Assembly (NCBI GenBank): GCA_964611725.1
Contig: CAZTBA010000040.1
Location: forward strand, 1 to 22,763
Direction: 5' to 3'
DNA from: an uncultured bacterium
Lineage (GTDB): Bacteria; Latescibacterota; CAZTBA01
DNA length: 22,763 nt
A model generated the notes under the pieces. It was given only the letters and a program-made list of their open reading frames with translations. It searched no databases and had not been told where the DNA came from. Within the stretch, counting starts at the first letter, position 1. Every line of letters begins with the position of its first letter. Shown in pieces: positions 16,004-22,763 of this stretch. The position numbers and the translations under genes are program-made.

Positions 16004-18439
16004 TCAGGGTTGTGTAGAGAAGCGGATATCGCGAAGCGGTTGGCCATCGTGATCAGTAATACGAAAGTAAAATCCCCAATCGAGGCTCGATTGTCCTATC
16101 TTTAGAAGGATGGGGGTCCGTCCGGCGGGCAACTCCACATCGACAACGTCTTCATCCATTTTAGCTGCCCGTGCCACCTGTCTATCAAGCGCCCTGTAGC
16201 TCCCGATCCAGGCAATCACAGAGTCGTTGCTGCCCAGGCGGAGCTGGGCGCGGACGGGATTGGTTGTTTCGACCCAGCACAGGGCGTAGGCCACCGCCCA
16301 TTCCTCCCCATCGAAAAAGTGACTCAGGTCCACATAGCCGTCCCACGGCTGATTGCGGAGCAGGCACCACCCTATCTGCCGGCCACCCTTGCCGGCATAA
16401 CCTGCTTCGAGGTTTATCTCACGCTCAGGTCCATAGACATTACTATGGCCCTTCCAGTCCTCATTGCTGAAAGGACCGATCACGAACCATTCGTTCACCA
16501 GTCCCAACCTTTGCGCCTCCGTGCGCTCGGGCGAGAAGTGCTGGCGAAAATCCTCTTCCTCATACCTCAGACGGCGCTTCACATGCCTTATGGTCACAAT
16601 CCCCTCTAAATTCTCTTCTTCCTGCTGGAGATATTCCACGAGTTGCCCGAATTTACCTTCCGCATCCGCCATAGCGCGATTGAATTCCTCCTCGTTACGC
16701 GCTTCGGGGATCATATCGCGGGTCCATATGTAGTCCATAAAAGTGTGGGTATAGTTGTAAGAAGTACGCACCTTAGCAACACGTTCTTCAACTATCCCGG
16801 TAGTATCGCCTGTCGCGAGTTCCTCCGCCTGACGCAGATACCCGCCAAGGCGTTTCATCAGTTCCGGAATAAGAAAACAGCCTGCATTGCGGAGGGCATT
16901 GCCGGGGAAATGGCGCCCACAATTGGCCATAGCGTCCTCAAGTGCTTCATAGTAGGCGCGCATAGGCTCAGCGGCAGGACCGTAGAAAAGCCGGTAAAAT
17001 TCCTCAAGCAGTGCCCTGACATCTGTATCTGGATCCCAAAGAAGCTTGGCTGCCACGTAGTAGTCAAGAAGGTTCGTCCACACATCTCCCAGCGAATACT
17101 GAGTGAACAGGCCCCGGGTGCCGATGGAAGCGAAATAGGGAATGTCGCGTGAGATCGAGTGGACGATGGGCCAGGGCAGATTGAGCCAGTTCACCTTGCG
17201 GTAGTATTCATAGAAGTAGACGCCGCCCACGCCGCGATCCTGCCAGGCGCTCAGAAGTGCACGGAACTTCGCATTGAGTGGGCAATCCGGATCATCTACG
17301 GGGTGAGCCATGCAGTACTCGTCATAGTGCGTGACTATCACCCGCAAATTGGGATGGGCTCGAAGGTCCGGGTCAAGTGGCGGCTGAGTATAGACATTAT
17401 AGGCCCCTACAAGGACAGGCTGATCGGGAAATTCACGTTCCAGCAGTTCGGCCAGTTTATTGTAGAAGATGAGTGAGCGCCGTGAATAGCGCTGATCCGC
17501 TGCGACATCCGGTTCATCCATTGCGCGGCACCCCTCGCAGTCGCACCAGAACTGGCCGTCGGACGGGGAAAAGGAGATCAGGCTGATAGAGAGATCAGAG
17601 CGCAGCAGCTCCGCCATCCGCTCCGCTACCGTGTGTGCTACCTCGGGATTCGAGTAGCAGAGCTTTGCGTTGCGATCGTTGCAGCGTTTCCCATCTATGA
17701 GTGCGAAATATTCGGGATGTTGGGGGAAATACTCCTTCACCGGAAGGAGCGAGTACTGCGAGTGGTAGATGCTGGGCACGACGCGAAAGGCGGGAGGATA
17801 ATCGGGATCGATCACGCGGTTCATCTTGTTTCGCAGGTTCCAGGCTGTATCTTTGCCAACCCAGCGCATCTCGAACCTCGGCCGCTGCTCTTCGCGGAAA
17901 CCCGGAAGCGAGAGCATGGCACACCGGGGAACTATCTCACCGAGATCTCCGGGAGCATACCACCGCACGCCGCAGTATTTCTCCAGCAGCTCGTAGGCGC
18001 CATAGAGTGTTCCATAATCACCGCCACCGATGATGACCATCGAGGTGCCGTCATTCGAGAGAAGGAAGCCCTCTTTCCCCAGGACATCCAGCCGCTCGCC
18101 GAACTCGGCGAGCGCCCTTTTCGTACGGCCTACAAAGACGCGGGCCTCAGCCTTCTCCCTCCCTTCCGACACTATGCGAAAGTCAGCCCCCGTAATGCGC
18201 CTCAGATATGCACGCAATTCCTCCGCTGCTTGTTGTTCCAAAAAACTCGGATCAACCGGCAGCACTATCTCTGCCAGCGCCCTTTCCCTCTCAGCTAAAA
18301 CCATTGCCGCTCTTTCCGGCATATCGGGAGCTCTCCTGAGCGTACAGCCTGCAATAAGCAACCCGGCTACGGCTCCCATCGCGAAACCTTTCTCAAGCAT
18401 CCTCTGTACTGACCCGATCAACTCTCGAGTTCTCCTCAT
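16004..18439 (-). CDS. DUF4838-like putative glycoside hydrolase lipoprotein (GH20b/GH67N-like N-domain, TIM-barrel-like core, C-terminal beta-sandwich-like domain)
   Basis: 811-aa ORF. The N-terminus has lipobox-like LLIAGC after a basic region. The 'SMVIIGGGDYGTLYGAYELLEKYCGVRWYAPGDLGEIVP' segment matches my memory of the conserved DUF4838 N-domain signature (G(T/S)hYGVYEFLE..LGVRWY.PG). Start is ambiguous: ATG 18439 has no SD, ATG 18400 abuts AGAGG, and ATG 18379 has AAAGG at 7 nt but would remove the signal peptide. Confidence 0.55.
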   Translation of the reverse strand: MRRTRELIGSVQRMLEKGFAMGAVAGLLIAGCTLRRAPDMPERAAMVLAERERALAEIVLPVDPSFLEQQAAEELRAYLRRITGADFRIVSEGREKAEARVFVGRTKRALAEFGERLDVLGKEGFLLSNDGTSMVIIGGGDYGTLYGAYELLEKYCGVRWYAPGDLGEIVPRCAMLSLPGFREEQRPRFEMRWVGKDTAWNLRNKMNRVIDPDYPPAFRVVPSIYHSQYSLLPVKEYFPQHPEYFALIDGKRCNDRNAKLCYSNPEVAHTVAERMAELLRSDLSISLISFSPSDGQFWCDCEGCRAMDEPDVAADQRYSRRSLIFYNKLAELLEREFPDQPVLVGAYNVYTQPPLDPDLRAHPNLRVIVTHYDEYCMAHPVDDPDCPLNAKFRALLSAWQDRGVGGVYFYEYYRKVNWLNLPWPIVHSISRDIPYFASIGTRGLFTQYSLGDVWTNLLDYYVAAKLLWDPDTDVRALLEEFYRLFYGPAAEPMRAYYEALEDAMANCGRHFPGNALRNAGCFLIPELMKRLGGYLRQAEELATGDTTGIVEERVAKVRTSYNYTHTFMDYIWTRDMIPEARNEEEFNRAMADAEGKFGQLVEYLQQEEENLEGIVTIRHVKRRLRYEEEDFRQHFSPERTEAQRLGLVNEWFVIGPFSNEDWKGHSNVYGPEREINLEAGYAGKGGRQIGWCLLRNQPWDGYVDLSHFFDGEEWAVAYALCWVETTNPVRAQLRLGSNDSVIAWIGSYRALDRQVARAAKMDEDVVDVELPAGRTPILLKIGQSSLDWGFYFRITDHDGQPLRDIRFSTQP

Positions 18440-18490
18440 ATTGTGTTAAGAAAGGCCAACACGCTTCGCAGGGATAACGGAGGAGAGATA

Positions 18491-19111
18491 TTACTTGGCA
18501 GCTTTGCGTATGGCAGCTATGGCCGCATCGTAATCGGGATGCTCGCTCAACTCCGGGATGATCTGTTTATAGGCTATGCGTCCGTCTTTACCTATAACGA
18601 AGATAGATCGGGCAAGGAGTCCCATATCCTTGATCAGGACACCGTAATTCAGTCCGAACTCGCGCCACACATGATCCGACAGCACCAGGACACGATCGAC
18701 CTTCTCAGTCTCACAGAACCGCTTCTGCGCGAAGGGCAGGTCCATGCTGATCGTCATCACTGCGACGTCTGACGGGAGGTTCAATATCTCATCGTTGAAA
18801 CGCTTTGTCTGCAGAGCGCAGACACCCGTATCGAGGCTCGGTACAACGCTGATCAAACTGGCTTTGCCTTTGAAACTTGAGAACTTGACCGGCTGGAATT
18901 CAACGTTCACCACCCGGAAATCAGGGGCCGGATCACCAACCTTGACTTCAGGCCCTAACAGCGTCAAAGGTTTGCCTTTCACGGTCACAAGACCTTCTCT
19001 CTCCTGTGGCGTCATCGTATTTACTCCTTGCGAGAGCCCCTGTTCACCGACAAGTGTGGCAAAGAACAGAACGGAGCACCAGACTATGTATTTTCGAACG
19101 TTCCCTGGCAT
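18491..19111 (-). CDS. tpx: thiol peroxidase (Tpx, atypical 2-Cys peroxiredoxin) with signal-peptide-like N-terminus
   Basis: Strong match from memory to E. coli Tpx: PSLDTGVCA (peroxidatic Cys), DLPFAQKRFC (resolving Cys) and EHPDYDAAIAAI near the C-terminus. The ATG at 19111 gives MPGNVRKYIVWCSVLFFATLVGEQGLSQG, which is n/h/c-region-like. The ORF-track start at 19153 is a TTG adding 14 aa, and it falls inside the conserved intergenic repeat (copy 2). Confidence 0.8.
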   Translation of the reverse strand: MPGNVRKYIVWCSVLFFATLVGEQGLSQGVNTMTPQEREGLVTVKGKPLTLLGPEVKVGDPAPDFRVVNVEFQPVKFSSFKGKASLISVVPSLDTGVCALQTKRFNDEILNLPSDVAVMTISMDLPFAQKRFCETEKVDRVLVLSDHVWREFGLNYGVLIKDMGLLARSIFVIGKDGRIAYKQIIPELSEHPDYDAAIAAIRKAAK

Positions 19112-19154
19112 AAAAGAAGCGAAAGCACTCACCTCCTGATAAAGTCTAGGCAAG

Positions 19155-19239
19155 TTTTAGAAAACATCTTTCCCTTTTCTTGTTTTGGAGACGCCTCATC
19201 GAGGCGTCTCTACAGATAAACACCTGAAAAGTCGACAGC
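19155..19239 (-). repeat. conserved ~85-nt intergenic element, copy 2 (inverted orientation relative to copy 1)
   Basis: The minus strand reads GCTGTCGACTTTTCAGGTGTTTATCTGTAGAGACGCCTCGATGAGGCGTCTCCAAAACAAGAAAAGGG. Flanks are identical to copy 1; the hairpin interior (CCTC/GAGG versus ACCC/GGGT) differs but stays fully paired. It begins 20 nt after the encapsulin stop and runs up to the tpx start region. Confidence 0.7.
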
Positions 19240-19258
19240 GACTATAGAGTCTACCATC

Positions 19259-20071
19259 CTATTTGAGCACACATACCGCCGAAGGCTCCACAAGTCGAAG
19301 CGTAAGGCTCTCAGAGATCACAAACTCATATTCTCCACCCGAAGGCCCCACGAAGCCTGTCATCAGGTCCTGTCCAAGCACGATCGAGGCGAACTGTCGC
19401 CCTGATGCCAGCAGCACAGCGCCAGAGCTGATCGCTGGCGCTTTGACTATGCCGTCGGTCACTGCCGATCTTAGATGCTCCATCTCCGCCATATTGCCCT
19501 GGGGATAGCGCCTGAATAGCAGGTTGTAAAGGGACGGAGCAAGCGCCAGAGTATAGGGACCGTGGAGCCCGGCATCGTCCAACTTGGTGATAGCCTTGAT
19601 GATATCATCAACGGCCGCACCGACCTCAGTCCAGGGCTTCAGTTTCAGGGACTGTGTTCCCTTGGCCGTGAGCAAACCCTCAACCCCCAACGCTTTGGAG
19701 CCATGCAATATGAGAGCGTCCTCCTGTCGTGCACAGGCGATCGCCGCTGCTGCAGCCACTTTCAGATCAAAGGACAGTCCAGTCGCCTCAAATGCTGCGA
19801 TGTCGCGTGCCGACAGACTGAATGTGCTCTGAATCAACGCGACGGGCATGGAAGGGCTTGCCATCATGCTCACACTTTCTGAGGTTGTCTCCTCAACCGC
19901 CGCATCCGGGCCCTGTATGGCTTTGAGACCGAGTCCATAAGGGCCATCCACATGCAGCAATCGACGAGCGCTCAACTGGCCCCTGGCAGCAGCCGTGACC
20001 GTCTCATCAATTTTCTCCCATACCTTTTCATCAAACGGAGCATCTCCACGATGTAGAAACTTTTCAGACAT
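19259..20071 (-). CDS. Family 1 encapsulin nanocompartment shell protein (HK97-fold, linocin M18-like)
   Basis: 270-aa ORF. SD AGGAGG lies 8 nt before the ATG. It is colinear with T. maritima encapsulin from memory: LHRGDAPFDEKVWEKIDETV..RRLLHVDGPYG versus LKRSFAPLTEKQWQEID..RKFVDVEGPYG; GPYTLALAPSLYNLL versus GPYTLVINTDRWINFL; C-terminal ILGQDLMTGFVG...FVISESLTLRLVEPSAVCVLK versus ILGQDLSIGYED...[21 protein letters not shown]. Confidence 0.9.
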   Translation of the reverse strand: MSEKFLHRGDAPFDEKVWEKIDETVTAAARGQLSARRLLHVDGPYGLGLKAIQGPDAAVEETTSESVSMMASPSMPVALIQSTFSLSARDIAAFEATGLSFDLKVAAAAAIACARQEDALILHGSKALGVEGLLTAKGTQSLKLKPWTEVGAAVDDIIKAITKLDDAGLHGPYTLALAPSLYNLLFRRYPQGNMAEMEHLRSAVTDGIVKAPAISSGAVLLASGRQFASIVLGQDLMTGFVGPSGGEYEFVISESLTLRLVEPSAVCVLK

Positions 20072-20170
20072 CGATTCTACCTCCTACCACCAAACATGCA
20101 TTTCCTAAAGACATCTCAAAGTCCAAGCCTATCTAATCCATATGGTATTACCTGTTCGAAGCGCGAGATA

Positions 20171-20530
20171 TTATTCTTTCATATCCCCCACTGTAGGGAT
20201 CGATTTACTTTCGGATTCCGGGGATTCGCCCCTTTCGATCTCCTCGGCGATTTCGCTCACCTCCGCAGCGCCATCCGCCAGAAGTTTCTCCTCATCCGGC
20301 AGCAATATATTGAGCAAACGCTGGAACTCGCCTGCGTGCACGCGCTCCTCGTTGGCTATATCCTGCAATACTGCCTTCGCCAGCTTATTATCGGTAGCGT
20401 CAGCCAAAGCTTCGTAGAGGTGAACCGCTTCTTCCTCCGCCGAGAGTGTCATGCGGATAGCCCTGGTCAGTTCGCGCGCCGTCAATTTACGAGGAACCAC
20501 GCCGCTGAACGGATTGATAAATTCAGCCAT
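20171..20530 (-). CDS. encapsulated ferritin-like protein (EncFtn/Flp) cargo with C-terminal targeting peptide
   Basis: 119-aa ORF immediately upstream of and co-oriented with the encapsulin gene. SD AAAGGAG lies 8 nt before the ATG. It has two E-x-x-H ferroxidase-type motifs (EEEAVH, NEERVH) on predicted helices, as in EncFtn. The acidic linker then ends in SIPTVGDMKE, which resembles the TVGSLK-type cargo-loading peptide. Confidence 0.85.
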   Translation of the reverse strand: MAEFINPFSGVVPRKLTARELTRAIRMTLSAEEEAVHLYEALADATDNKLAKAVLQDIANEERVHAGEFQRLLNILLPDEEKLLADGAAEVSEIAEEIERGESPESESKSIPTVGDMKE

Positions 20531-20650
20531 TCTACTATCTCCTTTCTGCCAAATGCTCAGGTTTCTTATAGATCCCTGAACTAAAAATACAGTGACCCTA
20601 CTCTTCTGAGGGCTGGTGTCTTGCCTTGGATATTATTGTTTTCTAATCAT

Positions 20651-21721
20651 TTATCCAAAATGCGCAGAAGGCCCTTTTTCTCCGCTCTCGGCCCTGGTGT
20701 CCATATAGTGTCCATCGGGGTCTATTTTCTCGATTGAAGACCGCAAATGATCAGGCGCAAGATGGGCATACCTCATAGTGGTTTTAATGTCCCTATGGCC
20801 TAAAAGCTTCTGCACCGTTGCCAGATCCACTCCTGCCATTACAAGGTGGGATGCAAAAGTGTGACGGAGATCGTGAAAGCGAATGTGAGGTAATCCGGCT
20901 TTCCTCAAAGCTTTCTCGAAGCTCCACCATATTCTGTGAAATCTATTCCCATCAGGTTTGCAGAATACATAGTTGCTTGAGATGTGGTGGGGTAGTCCGC
21001 TCAAGATACCGTACAGGAAATTACTCATCGGTATGGCTCTTGGCTCGTAGTTCTTGGGATGCCAGTCCTCCTTGTTATTGACAGTGATTATCCTGTTCCT
21101 GAAGTCTACATCAGACCACTGAAGGTTGAATATCTCTGATTTCCTCATACCAGTTTGAAGAGCTGTAGCTACCATGGCATGGATATAGCCGCTGCAATTA
21201 TCCAGAAGCCTTCTGGTTTCTTCCCTACTGAGGTATTTGGGGGGAAGCGGACTTTCCTTGAGCCCTCTAACTCCAGAAGCAGGATTTGACCTTAAGTAAC
21301 CCCAGTCAACAGCTTTTCTCAGCATCTTTTTGATGGCAAATAATTCCATATTTACAGTTCCTTCTTTGACCCGAATCACCCTCTTTTCTTTGTAGCTTTC
21401 TATCATCCTGCTTGTAATATCGAATAGATGCTTCCCCTTAAAATAAGGAACCAGATGGACATTTACGCTGATTATATCCCTTTCATAACTACGCCCGGAT
21501 TTGTTGGTCTTAGAATACTCGAGATATTCCTTTGCGTAATCCTCGAATAAGATTTTCTTGGTCTCACTCACACCAAGGATCTCACCCCTGGCAATTTTGA
21601 GCTGCACATCCTTTAAAGCAAGCTCAGCAAGCTGTTTTGAAGGGCCGATCTTCCTACGCTTTCTCTGGCCATTGTGGTAATAGTCGATGTACCAGTTATC
21701 ATCCTTCTTGTAGACACCCAT
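20651..21721 (-). CDS. tyrosine site-specific recombinase / phage-type integrase
   Basis: 356-aa ORF. SD GGAGGT lies 7 nt before the ATG. The C-terminal catalytic region HDLRHTFASHLVMAGVDLATVQKLLGHRDIKTTMRYAHL has the H-x-x-R box and the nucleophile Tyr in RYAHL. An upstream R in 'TGMRKSE' gives the family's box-I Arg. The N-terminal ~100 aa are SAM-like/arm-binding. Confidence 0.9.
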   Translation of the reverse strand: MGVYKKDDNWYIDYYHNGQRKRRKIGPSKQLAELALKDVQLKIARGEILGVSETKKILFEDYAKEYLEYSKTNKSGRSYERDIISVNVHLVPYFKGKHLFDITSRMIESYKEKRVIRVKEGTVNMELFAIKKMLRKAVDWGYLRSNPASGVRGLKESPLPPKYLSREETRRLLDNCSGYIHAMVATALQTGMRKSEIFNLQWSDVDFRNRIITVNNKEDWHPKNYEPRAIPMSNFLYGILSGLPHHISSNYVFCKPDGNRFHRIWWSFEKALRKAGLPHIRFHDLRHTFASHLVMAGVDLATVQKLLGHRDIKTTMRYAHLAPDHLRSSIEKIDPDGHYMDTRAESGEKGPSAHFG

Positions 21722-21805
21722 CGGTCATACCTCCTTCCCTTTCGATGGGCTCCAGACACAAACGTAAATTAAAGCGTCCGGAGTATCCCGTCAAGAGATT
21801 TCTGC

Positions 21806-22033
21806 CTACTGAAGAGAATCGTCAGCCGGCTCGTTCAACTCCTCTAACCAACCCTCTATATCGGACATTCTGAATCTCAGATGCCTCCCGATCTTCAAGA
21901 AGGGGATTTTCCTTTGGAATGTCAGTCTATAGATATAGCTCTTCTTAAGACGCAAGATCCCACACAAATCATCAATTGTTAAAAGAGATTCAGAGGTTGT
22001 GTCTTGGCTACAAGCAATCCTGTTCATATTCAT
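21806..22033 (-). CDS. excisionase/AlpA-type helix-turn-helix DNA-binding protein (HTH_17-like)
   Basis: 75-aa ORF directly upstream of and co-oriented with the integrase. LLTIDDLCGILRLKKSYIYRLTFQRKIPFLKIGRHLRFRMSDIEGWLE fits the excisionase-family HTH pattern (L.i.e.a..L.vs.stiyrl...g.iP..kiGr..rf....l..wl). No SD is visible. Confidence 0.6.
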   Translation of the reverse strand: MNMNRIACSQDTTSESLLTIDDLCGILRLKKSYIYRLTFQRKIPFLKIGRHLRFRMSDIEGWLEELNEPADDSLQ

Positions 22034-22140
22034 ATCATCCTATGGGTAGATGAAAAAGGACTGATCCAGTCTCCCTTTATAGCCTGCCCCGGTCAGGAGG
22101 AGGAAATGAATAACGAACACCCGGAGCAGGCTGTGTCACT

Positions 22141-22763
22141 CTATTCTTCCGATTCTTCTTCAGTGACTTCCTCCGGATCTTCCGGCTTTTTCCTTATCTC
22201 CAGCGCCACGAACTTAAATACTTCGATGAGCTTAGCAGGACTCTCCATGAGCACAGTGCGGATATTATTGCTGTTTTCATCTTTGATCCTCTCATCGCCA
22301 AATGCGTCCGCTACACGGCTCTTGAGACTGTCGTCATAATCCCAACCACACCTGTGACTGTAGTTGTCATAATCAGTGATACAGGCTGCAAGGATCTCTA
22401 CCAGGTCTTCAGTTCGGACACGGACATAGTCATCAGGGACAGACATAGTGGCGTGCATCTGACTGGGATCCCGGTCCGTTAACGTTTCGTTATCCTGTCT
22501 GATCTCCTCAAGAGCTTTCTCAGTACTCTCCGAAATATCCGCAAGTCTCTTCTCACGCCTCTCCTTATTCACCTGGCGGGTGTGAGCTGTCTTTTTCCTT
22601 TTACAGCACTCAGGATCCAGACAGATAGGTTCAGGATCTTCATCCTCTGGGCTTGATACTGACATCTTTCTCTTATCGCAGCTCTCGCACTCTGTCGTAT
22701 CGAAGCTAACCCATCCGAGTCTCTCGTATGAGTTCCAGGCAAGACCGGACCTGTCGATGATCC
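22141..22763 (-). CDS. hypothetical acidic protein with N-terminal Cys cluster (5' end truncated by window edge)
   Basis: The ORF track starts it at ATG 22665. The reading frame stays open through the window end (...IIDRSGLAWNSYERLGWVSFDTTECESCDKRK-MSVSS...), so the gene probably begins beyond 22763. CxxC...CLDPECC suggests a Zn-ribbon-like motif. The C-terminal third is highly acidic (EDPEEVTEEESEE). It is co-oriented with excisionase and integrase. Confidence 0.5.
   Translation of the reverse strand, partial: IIDRSGLAWNSYERLGWVSFDTTECESCDKRKMSVSSPEDEDPEPICLDPECCKRKKTAHTRQVNKERREKRLADISESTEKALEEIRQDNETLTDRDPSQMHATMSVPDDYVRVRTEDLVEILAACITDYDNYSHRCGWDYDDSLKSRVADAFGDERIKDENSNNIRTVLMESPAKLIEVFKFVALEIRKKPEDPEEVTEEESEE

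Larger units (their letters stand above)
20585..22763. mobile_element. left end of an integrative element (integrase-excisionase module plus cargo), continuing beyond the window
   Basis: Integrase, excisionase-like HTH and an unknown acidic protein are co-oriented on the minus strand. The region is AT-richer than the flanking encapsulin/Tpx genes. The integrase 3' end abuts a 120-bp non-coding gap (20531-20650) where an att site would be expected. The right boundary is not in the window. Confidence 0.5.

Noticed and set aside
19112-19153. TTG-initiated 14-aa extension of tpx
   Set aside because: The codons fall within or against the conserved non-coding repeat (copy 2). The downstream ATG 19111 begins a typical signal peptide. 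This is kept only as an alternative in the tpx evidence.
20531-20650. tRNA or tmRNA integration target next to the integrase
   Set aside because: Read by eye on both strands, there is no acceptor-stem/T-arm (GGTTCGANTCC-like) arrangement and no cloverleaf-compatible pairing. This needs tRNAscan-SE to be certain.
1-22763. CRISPR arrays, rRNA, IS-element terminal inverted repeats
   Set aside because: I found no regularly spaced direct repeats, no rRNA-like conserved blocks, and no transposase ORF. The only repeated non-coding sequence is the two-copy hairpin element reported above.

Overview
The window is bacterial and its genes show strong Shine-Dalgarno usage. The left half is very GC-rich in places; AT-richer islands include the histidine-kinase gene and the integrase region. 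All calls below come from reading the sequence and recalling motifs from memory; I ran no searches.

Left to right, I see four blocks of 16 protein-coding genes.

(1) A plus-strand oxidoreductase and glycan-processing cluster: an aldo/keto reductase; a 235-aa hypothetical protein whose N-terminus carries what looks like the H-G-T / G-x-G-I-Y motif pair of PARP/Tpt1-type ADP-ribosyltransferase folds; two tandem uroporphyrinogen-decarboxylase/MtaA-like paralogs; a GH36-like (clan GH-D) glycosidase; and a markedly GC-rich PF12831-type FAD-dependent oxidoreductase.

(2) A minus-strand block: a ~1036-aa YdiJ-like fusion (FAD-linked oxidase domain, 2x[4Fe-4S], 2xCCG domain) ending in an unusual ~150-aa Met/Pro-rich tail, and a nucleoside hydrolase. 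This is followed by a cytoplasmic multi-PAS hybrid histidine kinase and a DUF4838-like putative glycosidase lipoprotein.

(3) A minus-strand oxidative-stress/iron module: EncFtn ferritin-like cargo -> Family-1 encapsulin shell -> thiol peroxidase Tpx.

(4) The left edge of an integrative element (tyrosine integrase, excisionase-type HTH, truncated hypothetical) running off the 3' end of the window.

The most striking non-coding signal is an ~85-nt conserved element present twice, downstream of the AKR gene and downstream of the encapsulin gene, in each case upstream of the next gene. The two copies have identical flanks (TTTAYCTGTAGAGACG ... CGTCTCCAAAACARGAAAAG) around a central hairpin whose interior differs by compensatory, pairing-preserving changes. 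A further GC-rich, multiply nested inverted-repeat region sits in the 465-bp leader of the ART-like gene. I found no rRNA, tRNA or CRISPR.
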